Shown: positions 49,206-61,879 of the stretch, piece by piece | Numbering within the stretch: position 1 is the stretch's first letter | Layout: every line of letters begins with the position of its first letter | Assembly: GCA_964016885.1 (NCBI GenBank) | Contig: OZ024743.1 | Location: 282,162,001-282,226,000, forward strand | DNA length: 64,000 nt | From: Eledone cirrhosa | Taxonomy: Eukaryota | Reading direction: 5' to 3' | Position numbers and translations under genes: made by a program | Notes under the pieces: model-generated | The model's database searches: none | What the model saw: only the letters and a program-made list of their open reading frames with translations | Told to the model about the DNA's origin: nothing

Positions 49206-52200
49206 CATCATCATCATCATCATCATCAACGTTTAACGTCCGTGTTCCACGCTTGCATGGGTTTGGACGGGGGTAGTCCCACTTGAGGCAAGAGTGATTG
49301 TCTTGCTCGCATAGGACTGTCTGGCAGGTTTTCTACAGTTGGATGCCCTTCCTAACACCAACCACATTTACAGTGTGGGTCTGGGAGGTTTTTACCATGT
49401 TGCCTACACGGCCACATTACAGCGTGGACTGTGTGTTTTTTTGTCGTGACACCTACACGATCTCATTTGTTTCGGCCTGGATGGTGTGGCACCAACATAA
49501 CTTTACATAGAAGGGGGCGGTGTGGATGGGGTGGGGGTGGTGGGACGGGGTGTATTTTGTTAGAGATGCCTACTGACTGTAGTAGGTTTTACTTTGTATT
49601 TAGGTAAGGCGGGTCTTCTCTATTACTAAGTACCGCCAAAGGTCTCGGTCCAGTGACATTGTCTTGGTGAGGTGTAAGTGTGTGAGGTCGGAGTTTATCA
49701 GCTCGTCCCAGGTTTTTCTGGGTCTGCCTATTCCGTGGCTACCGTCTATCTTTATTGCCCTGCACTTTGTTATACAGCTATCGTCCTTCATGCACATCAC
49801 GTGGCCATACCAACGTAGCCTTCTCTCTAGTAAACAACATCTGATCCCTCTTATTTCTAATTTTTTCCTTAGTTCGTTTATGCTTTGTCGTTCACGTATA
49901 TTTCTATTACACATCCAGCGGAGCATGCAAGCTTCGTTTCTCTCTAGTCTGCGTATATCATCTGCGCACAATGCCCAGGTCTCACTGCCATGCAACATTG
50001 CTGTTCGTATGCAGGCATCGTACAGCCTGCCTTTCATTTTTAGGGAGAACCCTTTAGCGGCTAATAGTGGTATAAGTTCTCTGAACTTTTTCCACCCAGT
50101 TCTGACTCTAGCTACTGTACTTTCAGAGCACCCTCCCCCACTGCTGATTTTGTCACCCAGGTAACGGAAGCTGTCCACTATTTCTATAGAACCCTCTGCG
50201 CAGTTGAAAGAGCTAGTATTTTGTGGGCACTTGCTGCTACTTTGCTCCAGAACACCGGCCACATGTAAAATCTATGTTCTTAGTTAGCTTACCTGTGATC
50301 CCACTACATCTTTTATGCACCCAAACTTTGCATTTGGGACACAAAATGGAATTTCTACCTACGCCTTTCCTACACTCTGCGCATGGCCACTTCCCGGAGG
50401 GGACCGCCGCCTTATTTTCTTTCTTACAAACTAGAACTTTAGTCTTAGCCAGGTTAATTTTAAGGCCTTTTGATTCTAGGCCGTGCTTCCATGTTTGGAA
50501 TTTCTTCTCTAGCTCTGCCATTGATTCAGCTATGAGCGTTAGATCATCTGTCTATAGGAGTTCCCATGGGCAGCCGGTCTTGAACTCCACTGTTATAGCC
50601 TGGAGGGCAATAATAAATAGTAGGGGGCTAAGAACAGAGCCCTGATGAACACCAACTTTTACACTAAACTCTTCACTATATTCGTTGTTAATTCTAACCT
50701 TGCTGACTGTTTCTTTATACATGGCTTGTATAGCTCTCACGAGCCATTCATCAACACCTAGTTTTCTAAAAGCCACCAGATAATGGAACGGGGGACTCTG
50801 TCGAAGGCCTTCTCCAAGTCGACGAAAGCTAAGTGTAGGGGTTTACTTTTAGCTAGGTACTTCTCCTGTAGTTGTCGTACAATGAAAAGAGCGTCTGTGG
50901 TACTTTTTCCTGACACAAACCCGAACTGCATTTCATCTAGATCAATTCTCTCTCTGATTAGTTGCGCTATTACTTTTTCCGTGACCTTCATGACCTGGTC
51001 GATTAATTTAATGCCTCTATAGTTACTCCTATCTAGGGCATCTCCTTTACCCTTATAACAGTTAACGATAATGCTGCTACGCCAGTCCTTCGGAACAACC
51101 CCATTCTGTATGACTTGGTTGACTATCCGGGTGACCATGGTGTGTCCCACCGTACCAGATGCCTTCAGCATCTCGGCAACTATTTCCGAAGGCCCAGCCG
51201 CCTTGCCTGTCTTCATATCTTTGATTGCCTTACTTATTATACTACCCTCGACTAACACTGCTGGTCCCTCTATTGGGTCGATGTGGGGGAGACTGTCTTT
51301 CTCCCATTTATTCTCCTCATTTAGTAGCCTTTCATAGTGACACTTCCAAGCTACCTTCTTATCGGCGTCGGTGATGGCAAGTATGCCGTCATCGTTAAGT
51401 ACACACTTCTCCCCGACAATATCAGTTTTCCTTGACACATTGCCTAGCAATCCTGAACAACTCACGTTTTTGGTCCTCACGTTGTAGAACATGCTTGACC
51501 TTTCTTTCCTCTGCTTCCCTTCTTGCGAAGTACACTTGTCTCCTAGCTTCCCTCCTGGCCACTTGATAGTCTTCTCTGCTTCCCCCATCCCGCCATACTT
51601 TCCAAGCCTGCTTTTTGGCCTTAATTGACCCCTCCACCTTACTGTTCCACCACCATGTTACTCTCCTCCTGCCTACAGGCCTGCTCCAGCCACAGACTTC
51701 GTCTGCCGCCGTCAGCAGGTTTGCTTTCAGGAATTCCCACTGTTCCTCTACCTTGTACGTCTCTAATTGCTCTTCCTCACTGTCGAAAGCATCAAGTAAT
51801 ATGCTTTGGAATTTATTTTTGGCTGTGGGGTCCTTTAGCTTCCATATTTTTCTCCTGAGGATAGTCCTCTTCTGTTGTCTAGTACGTCTCGTCCTGACTA
51901 TTAGGTCGCTAATTATCAGTCTATGTTGGGAAGTGCATTCTTCATGGGGGAGGGATTTAGTGTTTACGACAGTCACTTTGTCACGTCTTCTGGTAAGGAT
52001 ATAATCTACCTGGCTAGTATGTTCCCCTGATCTGTAGGTGATCAAGTGATTGTCTCATTTTTTGAAGTTAGTGTTGCAGATAGTTAGGTTATTTGCGTCG
52101 CAGAATTCCAGGATTCTGGAGCCTTCCTCATTTCTAGTACCAAACCCATAGCCTCCATGGATTTCGTCGTAGCCGTCACAATGTTGTCCAACGTGACCGT

Positions 52201-53687
52201 TTAGGTCGCCTGCAATAATTATATAGTCACTGTCGGTTATTTGGGAGGTAGTGAGCATCAGTGTCTCATAGAATCTGTCTTTTATAGTGCTGGGCAGTCC
52301 GGATTGGGGTGCGTACGCGGATATTACTGTCACCGTAGTTCTATTGAGGACAAGTCTTAATTATTCTGTCGTTCACTATATTTACGTCTATTATCTTATC
52401 TGCCCACTTTTCTGCTACCATGGTTCCTACTCCACCCAGCCCATTGTCGTTTCCCACCCAGAAAAGCTTATAGCATCGTTTTCTACCCACAATGTATCTA
52501 GCAGATCCACCCCTCCACCTGGTCTCTTGAATACAACAAACATCGACCTCCTTACGTTCAAGCATTTCTACAACCTCGTTAGAGCGACCCTTTAAGGTTC
52601 CTACATTCAAGGTACCAAATCTGAAGTTTTGGATTGCGTTTGGGGGGTTGGAAAGGTGGGGAGCAGGGGGAGATGGGGTTATGTTAGCCATCCGCGGCCG
52701 AAACAAAGAGGCATGCTCGCATTTTCGTCCTCGAGGTGTGATTGTCTTTAACTTTGGCATTGTCGCTGAGCGTCCAAATTTTTCTCTCTTCAACTCTCCG
52801 GAACTCCGTAGTCCTTCCATCCTACATATCGAAGGCAACCAGGTAAGCGATAGTATAGGCCTCTGGCTTATGATTGGTCCACGTAATAATAATGGTGGTG
52901 TGTGGGGGCGGGAGGGAGGGGTGTTGAGTTGTTAGCGAGAAGGATAGGTTTAAGTGAGAACCCCGTATTAACGAACAAAAATACAAGATTTGTTTAGTAA
53001 AATACGTCAAAAACTTCCGTATTTTTACAAGCATGACAGAAATACAAGAGATTTGTTTTGGAAAATACATGGGGAATGGAAAGAGGATAGAAAAAAATGC
53101 TATTGGAAGGACTAAAAATGCTGTTGGAAGGACTGACTATGGAGTTAGGCGTATGTTAGAAGAGGTAGAAAAATGAGTACATTACATTATAACCATGAAT
53201 GAATGAAGTTACAGCCACAAGTTTGGCGAAAGTGAATTACTTTGTCTTATATATGTATCTGGGTTGGGTAGAGAGAGAGAGGGGTGGGTGGTGGTGGTGA
53301 TTTGACCGCCTGTTGTAGAGTGTGGTGGAGGGGAAGCAGATATTAAGGAGCGGGAATTAAGAGTTTGAAATAATAACATATATTTGAAATATTGTTAAGA
53401 GTCTGAAGTAACAAATATATTTAAAATATTTGTATATGAGAAGAGTAGGTTTAAGTGAGAAGGATAGGTTTAAGTGAGAACCCCGTATTAACGAACAAAA
53501 ATACAAGATTTGTTTAGTAAAATACGTCAAAAACTTCCGTATTTTTACAAGCATGACAGAAATACAAGAGATTTGTTTTGGAAAATACATGGGGAATGGA
53601 AAGAGGATAGAAAAAAATGCTATTGGAAGGACTAAAAATGCTGTTGGAAGGACTGACTATGGAGTTAGGCGTATCAATAGCATTTTT
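49206..53687 (-). mobile_element. near full-length RTE LINE (APE-RT-PHD-like finger), frameshifted, with candidate 5'UTR
   Basis: GTLNVGTL, CIQETRW, SAYAPQ, GDLNGHVG, VDYIL, SQHRL, RT motifs, (CAT)n tail; flanked by duplicated TGATT. Confidence 0.93.
52937..53674. repeat. 218-bp direct repeat pair (52937-53154 and 53457-53674)
   Basis: apparently identical copies with 520-bp spacing. Confidence 0.92.
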
Positions 53688-54723
53688 TGATTAGTTGCGC
53701 TATTACTTTTTCTGTGACCTTCATGACCTGGTCAACTAACTTAATGCCTCTATAGTTTCCTCTATCTAGAGCATCTCCTTTACCCTTGTAGCAGTTAATG
53801 TTGATGCTGCTACGCCAGTCTTTTGATATGACCCCATTCTGTATTACTTGGTTAACTATACGGGTGACCATAGTATGTCCCACCATTCCAGATGCCTCCA
53901 ACATCTCAGCAACTATCTCCGAAGGCCCAGTTGCCTTGCCTGTCTTCATATCCTTGATTGCCTTACTTATTATACTACCTTTAACTTGCACCATTGGTCC
54001 TTCTATTAGATCGATTTGGGACATCTTTTTCCCACTTATTCTCCTCATTTAATAGTCTCTCGTAGTGACACTTCAAGGCTATCTTCTTATCAGCATCAGT
54101 GAGGGCAAGTACACCGTTATCATTACGGACACACTTCCCCACGACAATATCACGGTTTTCCTTGACACATTGTCTAGCAATCCTGAACACCTCACGTTTT
54201 TGGTCCTCACGTTGTAGAACATGCTTGAAATTTCTTTCCTCTGCTTCCCTTTTTGCAAGGTACACTTGTCTCCTAGCTTCTCTCCTGGCCACTTGATAGT
54301 GTTCTCTACTTCGCCCATCCTGCCATACTTTCCAAGCCTGCTTTTTGGCCTTGATTGTCTCTTCTACCTTACTGTTCCACCACCAAGTTACTCTCCTCCT
54401 GCCAATAGGTCTGCTGCAGCCACAGATTTCATCCATTGCTTTCAGCAGGTTCACTTTCAAGAATTGCCACTGTTCCTCTATATCGCACGTCTCTAATTGC
54501 TCTTCCTAATTGTCAAAGGCATCAAGTAATAAGCTTTTAAATTTGTCACTAGCTATGGGGTCCTTCAACTTCCATATGCTTCAACCTCCTCTGTCGTCGA
54601 GTACGTCTATTCCTGACTATGAGGTCACTAACTACTAGGCTATGTTAGGAGGTGCATTCTTCATGGGGGAGAGATTTAGTGTTTACAACAGACACTTTGT
54701 CCCGTCTTCTAGTAAGGATATAA

Positions 54724-54727
<4 letters not shown>
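53688..54727 (-). mobile_element. RTE LINE, upstream half of the split copy
   Basis: TWWWNSKV, NYRGIKLVDQVMKV. Confidence 0.88.
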
Positions 54728-54760
<33 letters not shown>

Positions 54761-54767
<7 letters not shown>

Positions 54768-56189
54768 TTAACAACAAATATAGTGAAGAGTTTAGCGTAA
54801 AAGTTGGTGTTCATCAGGGCTCCGTCCTTAGCCCCCTACTATTTATTATTGCCCTTCAGGCTATAACAGAGGAGTTCAAGACCGGCTGCCCATGGGAACT
54901 CCTATATGCAGATGATCTAACGCTCATAGCTGAATCAATGGCTGAACTAGAGAAGAAATTCCAAACATGGAAGCATGGCCTAGAATCAAAAGGCCTTAAA
55001 GTTAACTTGTCTAAGACTAAAGTTCTAGTTTGTAGGAAGGAAAATAGGGCACCGGTCCCATCTGGGAAATGGCCATGCTCAGTGTGTAGGAAAGGAGTAG
55101 GTAGAAACTCCATTTTATGTCCTAAATGCAAAGTATGGGTACATAAAAGATGTAGTGGGATCACAGGTAAGCTAACTAAGAATATAGATTTTATATGTGG
55201 CTGGTGCTCTGGTGCAATAAGTAGCAGCAAGTGCCCACAGAATACTAACTCATTCCATTGCACAGATGGTTCTATAGAAATAGTGGACAGCTTCCGTTAA
55301 CTGGGTGATAAAATCAGCAGTGGGGGAGGGTGTTCTGAAAGTACAGTAGCCAGAGTCAGAACGGGATGGAAAAAGTTCAGAGAGCTTATACCACTATTGG
55401 CCGCTAAAGGGTTCTCTCTAAAAATGAAAGGCAGGCTGTATGATGCCTGCATACGAACAGCAATGTTACATGGCAGTGAGACCTGGGCATTGTGTGCAGA
55501 GGATATACGCAGACTGGAGAGAAACGAAGCTTGCATGCTCCGCTGGATGTGTAATAGTAATATACGTGAACGGCAAAGCATAAACGAACTAAGGGAGAAA
55601 TTAGAAATAAGAGGGATCAAATGTTGTTTACTCGAGAGAAGACTACGTTGGTATGGTCACGTGATGCGCATGAAAGACAGCTGTATAAAATAGTGCAGGG
55701 CAATAAAAATAGACGGTAGCCACGGAGTAGGCAGACCCAGAAAAACCTGGGACGACTTGATAAATTCCGACCTCACACACTTACACCTCTCCAAGACAAC
55801 GTCACTGGACCGAGAGCTTTGGCGCTACACAGTAATAGAGAAGACCCGCTTACCTAAGTACAAAGTGAAACCTACTACAGTCAGTAGGCACCTCTAACAA
55901 AATACACCACCGTCCCACTACCCCCACCCCATCCACACCACCCCTTTCAATGTAAAGTTATGTTGGTGTCACAACATCCAGCCCAAAACAAATGTGGCCG
56001 TGTAGGTAACACGGTAAAAACCTCCCAGTTCCACACTGTAAATGTGGTTGGTGTTAGGAAGGGCATCCAGCCGTAGAAAACCCGCCAGACAGTCCTATGC
56101 GAGCAAGACAACCACCCTTGCCTCAAGTGGGAAAACTCCCGTCCAAACCCATGCAAGCGTGGAATATGGACGTTAAACGATGATGATGA
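54761..56189 (+). mobile_element. 5'-truncated RTE LINE
   Basis: GVHQGSVLSP, YADD, C4HC3 finger, 3'UTR and (GAT)n tail. Confidence 0.92.
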
Positions 56190-56547
56190 TATATAATATG
56201 GAGGCACATGGCTTAATGGTTAGAGCATTGGCCTTGCAATCGAAAGGTTGTGAGTTCAATTGTCAGACCGGGTGATGTGTTGTTTCCTTGAGCAAGACAC
56301 TTTATTTCACATTGCTCCAGTTTACTCAGCTGTAGAAATGAGATGATAGGACTGGGGTCCCTATCATTCCACTGCAAAGTGGTCGTGGAGGTGCCACGGC
56401 AAAAAAGCACCCAGCACTCACTGTAAATGAGGTTGGTGTTAGGAAGGACATCCAGCTGTAGAAATCAAGCCAGAATCAGTTCCCGTCCCACCCTTGCTAG
56501 CAGGGAAAAGCGGACGTAAAATGAAATGATGATGATGATACACATAT

Positions 56548-56625
<78 letters not shown>

Positions 56626-57190
56626 TATATACTAGCCGAATTACCAGCGCCTTGCTGCGTTTCACACATTTTTTTTGTAAGAAAATGATGATTGATTTTA
56701 AATCAGTGATATCATTTATGGAGATCAACTCTGCATTTCAATATTACTCAATGTAAAATGCAATACATGAAAAATTGGAAAACATTATTTTTTGAATATA
56801 TCAAATCAAAATTACATTATTAAATCTTATTCTTATTTTGTTTCTTGTAAATAATTATTTTCAAAATATCAATTCAAAACTTGATCATTTTATTTTTGTA
56901 TAAAGCATTATTTTCAAATTAGAAAGTATAATTATTTATTTTTTAACATAATAAATACATGAAAATATATTTCATACTATTATACGTAGGCAACACGGTA
57001 AAAACCTCCCAGCCCCACACTGTAAATGTGGTTGGTGTTAGGAAGGGCATCCAGCTGTAGAAAACCTGCCAGACAGTCCTATGCGAGCAAGACAATCACT
57101 CTTGCCTCAAGTGGGAAAACCCCCATCCAAACCCATGCAAGCGTGGAACACGGACGTTAAACGTTGATGATGATGATGATGATTATATAT

Positions 57191-57223
<33 letters not shown>

Positions 57224-57231
57224 TATATATA

Positions 57232-58513
57232 CAGGGTGTGGACGATATTTGTTCGCAATTTTCAACTGCTAATTTTATGCACATTTTTTTTTACTTCCGT
57301 TGTCACGCTTGTCTTCATAAAAACAGTGACTATATTTCCATTATTTATTTTCAGAATAATTGATTATGAATAATTTTGAACCTCCAAATTTGTGGAAGAG
57401 ACACGGAGTTCTTCTTGGAAGCCGCGCCAGGAGGACAAATAAGGAAATTTCAGACTTTCTCAGCGTCAGCAAGAGAATGGTGGAAAAGGTCAGAAAGGAA
57501 TTGGAATATTCAGGATTCGACTACGAAGCAACATCAGAGAGGAAAACACATGATCTACGATCTGACGCCTTCCGAATGCCCGAGTTCGTCGCTGAAGTTC
57601 AGGATATCATCAACAATGAACCTAGCAAGTCGATGCGTGCCATTGCAAGGGAGAAAGGCATGGATGAACAGCTCATTAGGCTGGTGGTACATGAAGACAT
57701 TCGCTACGTTTCATACAAGATGAGGAAAGGACAATTTCTGTCAAAGGTGATGCAAGAAAAGCAACTGAAGCATGCAAAGAAGCTGATCAACAAGTTGAAA
57801 CACCCACTGGAGCCAGACATGCTGTGGTTTTTCTCCGACGAGAAAAACTTCTGCCAAGACCAGAAGATCAACTCCCAGAACAACAGGTGGCTGGCTGTCT
57901 AATCCAAAGACGTGCCCAGAGTCATGCAGACAAAGTTTCCAGCGACAACATTGGTCTTAGGTGCCGTCAGCAGTCAAAGTGACGTCATGCCACCTCACTT
58001 CTTCCCTGAGGGCCTCAAGCTGAACACTGATGGCTACATCTGCGTTCTGAGCGAGGTAGTAAAGCCCTGGATCGACCAGGTAGCAAGACTCAGCGCCCTG
58101 CTATACCAGCCGAAAGACACAAGCCTGGCTGTCAGAGAACTTCGTCGACCACACTTCACCTGACATCTGGCCTCCCAGCTCGCCTGACTGCAACCCCCTC
58201 GACTTCTTTGTGTGGGGCACAGTGGAACAAGACACAAACAGATCTAGCTGCAATACGAAAGACGATCTGAAGGCCATGATCACAAGTGCCTTTAGGGGCC
58301 TAAGTTGGGGGACAGTGACGAAGGCCTGTAGCCGGTTCCGAGGCCGCCTTGAGGCCGTCATCAAAGCCAATGGCGGGTTTATCGAGTGAGATCGAAAGAA
58401 CAAGTCATGAAGACAAACTGACCCAAGTTTGATAAATATATCTTAAAAAATAAAACTACTGTGTTATTTTTTCCTAGACAGTAATCTTGCGAACAAATAT
58501 CGTCTGCACCCTG
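57232..58513 (+). mobile_element. Tc1/mariner-superfamily transposon, DD37D (maT)-like, inactivated
   Basis: 27-bp TIRs CAGGGTGTGGACGATATTTGTTCGCAA (2 mismatches), TA TSD; FFSDEKNF, WPPSSPDCNPLDFFVWG; stop at 57900 and internal deletion. Confidence 0.92.
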
Positions 58514-59137
58514 TATATATATAACAATGACTATACCAAGGAATTTAGTGTACAAGTTGGCGTCCACCAGGGCTCTGTCCTTAGCCCGCTCCTGTTTATT
58601 ATCATTTTGCAGGCTATAACAGAGGAGTTTAAGACCGGCTGCCCAGAAACAGCCCTATATGAGTGAGACATGGTCACCCGACCCAACTTCTAAATGGAAC
58701 CCAGATAACCCATGCTAGCTCATATAGAAAGTTTCTGGTTGGTTTTCTATGGTGGATTGTCCTTCCTGACGCCAACCACATTGACAGTGTGTGCTGGGTG
58801 CTTTTTGCCGTGTCTTTTACACGTCCACATTACAGTGCGGGCTAGGTGTTTTGGCGTTGGTTTTCTACGGCTGGATGCCCTTCCTAATGCCAACCACATT
58901 TACAGTGTGCTGGGTACTTTTTGTCATGACACCTACACAATCACTTTACAGTGTGGGCTGGATCTTCTTTACAGTGTGGACTGGGCACCTTTGTTGTGTC
59001 ACCAACACAACACAGTGGGGACTAGGGAGGGTGGAGGGGCTTGGGGGAAAAATATGTGGACAGGGTAGTAGGGGAGATATGGTTACCGCTAAGGGAGGTG
59101 AATGAGAGGGGGATAACAGGTTGAGGAAGGTGTTGCC

Positions 59138-60085
59138 TACTAGGTATAAGCCTCATCCCAAGAACAATAGACGGCGGGTTTTCCATAAAACTGCATAGCG
59201 CCAAAGGTCGTGGTCCTGAGTCATTGCCTTTGAGAGGTGTATTTGTGCAAGGTCAGCTTTTACTACCTCATCCCAAGTCTTCCTAGGCCTGCCCACACAC
59301 GGCTACCATCGATTATATATAATATAAATGAGGTTAGTGTTAGGAAGGGCATCCAGCTGTAAAAAACCTGCCAGAGACACTTCCATGCGAGCAAGACATG
59401 GATGTTGTGGTACCAACATAACTTTACAGAGAAAGGGTGGTGTTGGTGGGAGTAGGCAGATAGAGTAGAGGTAGTGGATTGGGGGTGTATATTTGGTTAA
59501 AAGGTGCCTACTGACTGTAGGTTTTGCTTTGTACATAGGCAAGGCGGGTCTTCTGTATTACTGCGTAGCGCCAAAGATCTCGGTCCAGTGACATCGTCTT
59601 AGAGAGGTGCAAGTGTGCAAGGTCGGAATTTATCAGATCGTCCCAGGTTTTTCTGGGTCTGTCTACTCCGTAACTTCCATCAATTTTGATCGCCCTACAC
59701 TTTTTTATACAGCTGTCGTCTTTCATGCATCACGTAGTTAGTCTTCTCTCAAGTAAACAGCATCTGATCCCTCTTATTCCTAATTTCTCACTTAGTTCAT
59801 TTATGTTTTGCCGTTCACGTATATTACTATTACACATCCAACGGAGCATGCATGCTTCGTTCCTTTCCAGTCTGCGCACAGGTCCTCTACACACAATACC
59901 CATGTCTCACTGGCATGTAACATTGCTGTTCATATACAGGCATCATACAATCTGCCTTTCATATTTAGAGAGAAACCTTTTGTGGCCCACAGCGGTATAA
60001 GCTCTCTGAACGTTTTCCACCCCGTTCTGACTCTAGCTACTGTACTTTCAGAGCACCCTCCACCACTGCTGATTTTGTCACCCAC
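59138..60085 (-). mobile_element. RTE 3' fragments
   Basis: [22 protein letters not shown] and 3'UTR pieces. Confidence 0.85.
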
Positions 60086-60447
60086 TAGGAAGGATGAAAA
60101 GCAAAGTTGACCTAAATCAGATTTGAACTCAGAATGCAAGAAGCCAGAATAATTAACACAAGGCATTTTGTCAAAAAAGCAAATTATTCAGCAAATTTAC
60201 CACCTTATCCAATGTGTCTTAATTTTTTTTTATAATGTTAGGATTTGATTTCAGATAAATTTGGCTACTATTTCTGGTAGGTGGAGTGACCACATAGATC
60301 CCCCCCCCCCCCTCCACCTCCTTGATTTGGTCAACTAGATTTGGATTGTTTTCAGAGATGTATGAGAGATATAAAGCATTTATCATCCAAGCATTCATAA
60401 GTTTTCTCAATTTCGATATGAATCAAATAAGTTTACACTCTGCTTAC

Positions 60448-60533
60448 CATTTTGTGCTTCATGTTCCAATAAAAAACTGTCAGCTCGGACCAGAGTTGAT
60501 ACCATCCAAGCATAGAGCATTTCATGAAGGTAC
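60448..60533 (-). CDS. NAA35: NAA35 coding exon
   Basis: attatag|G...AATG|gtaagc; 86 nt, phase-compatible with both neighbours; YLHEMLYAWMVSTLVRADSFLLEHEAQN (cf. YLSEFLYAWLMSTLSRAD); absent from the ORF track. Confidence 0.93.
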
Positions 60534-61204
60534 CTATAATACAAACACATTTAAATCTTATATATACATAAAATACAAACTACCTTCTTTATAATATACT
60601 ATTTGATATAATCTATCAGTGTCATGTAATATAAAAATGCAGGCTAATTTGGCTTCCTACAAGGCTGCAAATCACTGATACATTTGCAGTGGAACTGTCA
60701 TGGACCATGTCAAAAACAGTATAACAAAAGTGTTTGACTTTTGGTAATGTAAAATCAATTTAAATGTATGGAACTGTGTTAGTGAGTAGGTTGCAAACAA
60801 TGCAACAAAAATGTTGACACTAAGAGATAAATGTAAATTGAATTTAACAGTCTTTGCATGTTTTTGGATGACTAAAATTACTCTTCCGTGATGTAATAAA
60901 ATACTGACTAATATTTTAATAAGAATGCTTGAATATATCTAGAAACATGATATTACATTACAAGTAAAGGTGTGACATAGTGGTTAGGGTGTTGGACTCA
61001 CAATCATATGATCATGGGTTCAATTCCTGGATCAGACAGAGCATTCTTGAGCAAAACATTTCATTTCACTTTGCTTTTCATAATAAGACTGGGGCTCCTA
61101 TCATAAGTTTCCTAGGTGTTTCCCCACGAAACTGCTGGCCTTGAGCCAAAATTAGAAACCATTATTAAATAACAAACAAAAAAAAAAACACCTGTCATAC
61201 TAAC

Positions 61205-61383
61205 CAGAATATATAATGGTACTCATATGTAGCATATAGTTCTAACTCCAATCCAGCTAGAGTGTAGTTGATCATTACATAGAGTGTGTGGTAGAGAACC
61301 CAAGTGCCAAAACATGCCAGATGTACTTTTGTGGGCTCTGTTTTAATAAGTTGACTATGTAAGTAGGAATCTACTTTATCAGC
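61205..61383 (-). CDS. NAA35: NAA35 (Mak10, NatC auxiliary subunit) internal coding exon, first in window
   Basis: tttgcag|GCT...TTCTG|gttagt; 179 nt; [59 protein letters not shown](W) matches the NAA35 segment as I recall it (AEKVDAALH...HLACLGTWVLYH...GFELELYSMHEYYYIYW). Confidence 0.95.
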
Positions 61384-61456
61384 CTGCAAAAGACAGAAAT
61401 ATTACAAAAAAATATGCATAAGTGACAAAATTATGGTTGTATATAAAGTTTAACTG

Positions 61457-61810
61457 ATTTCGTGCCAAAGCTGCTAAATGATGACCAGAAGAAGCAGCGC
61501 ATGCAGGTGTGTCAGGACATCCTTGAGCATCTTGAACTAGACTGGCTGGGGAGAGTCATCACCAGTAATAAGTCATGGATCTTTGAGTACAACCTATTTT
61601 CCAGGCATAGAAGCCATCAAGAGGGCCGTGGCAATGGAGCTGCAGAGAATCCCAGGAGAATCCTTCCAGGAGTGCATGGAGATGAGGTAGAGAAGGATGG
61701 AAAAGTGCGCTAGACTTAAGGGAGATTATTTCGAAGGGGAAAACTTGTAGTTTGGATTTGAAATTTTTTTTTACGACCCCAGTCCTGTTTCTTTTCTGAC
61801 ACACCTCATA
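61457..61810 (+). mobile_element. internally deleted mariner fragment
   Basis: VPKLLNDDQKKQRMQVC...RVITSNKSWIFEY; GDYFEG end; right TIR ...ctgacacacctcata. Confidence 0.8.
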
Positions 61811-61879
61811 TTTGGTGCATTTTACTGTGGCTCCATTATGTTTTTTTAATGTGATTTTTGGAAGCCACTGAACCTACTC

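Noticed and set aside
53205-53250. GCCA..TGGC-GAAA-GTGAATTAC-TT resembling an HHR 3' half
   Set aside because: No CUGANGA-like core or stem I at the right position
60219-60410. ORF with AWMINAL superficially like the NAA35 AWM motif
   Set aside because: The real exon is 60448-60533 with proper splice sites; this ORF is intronic chance
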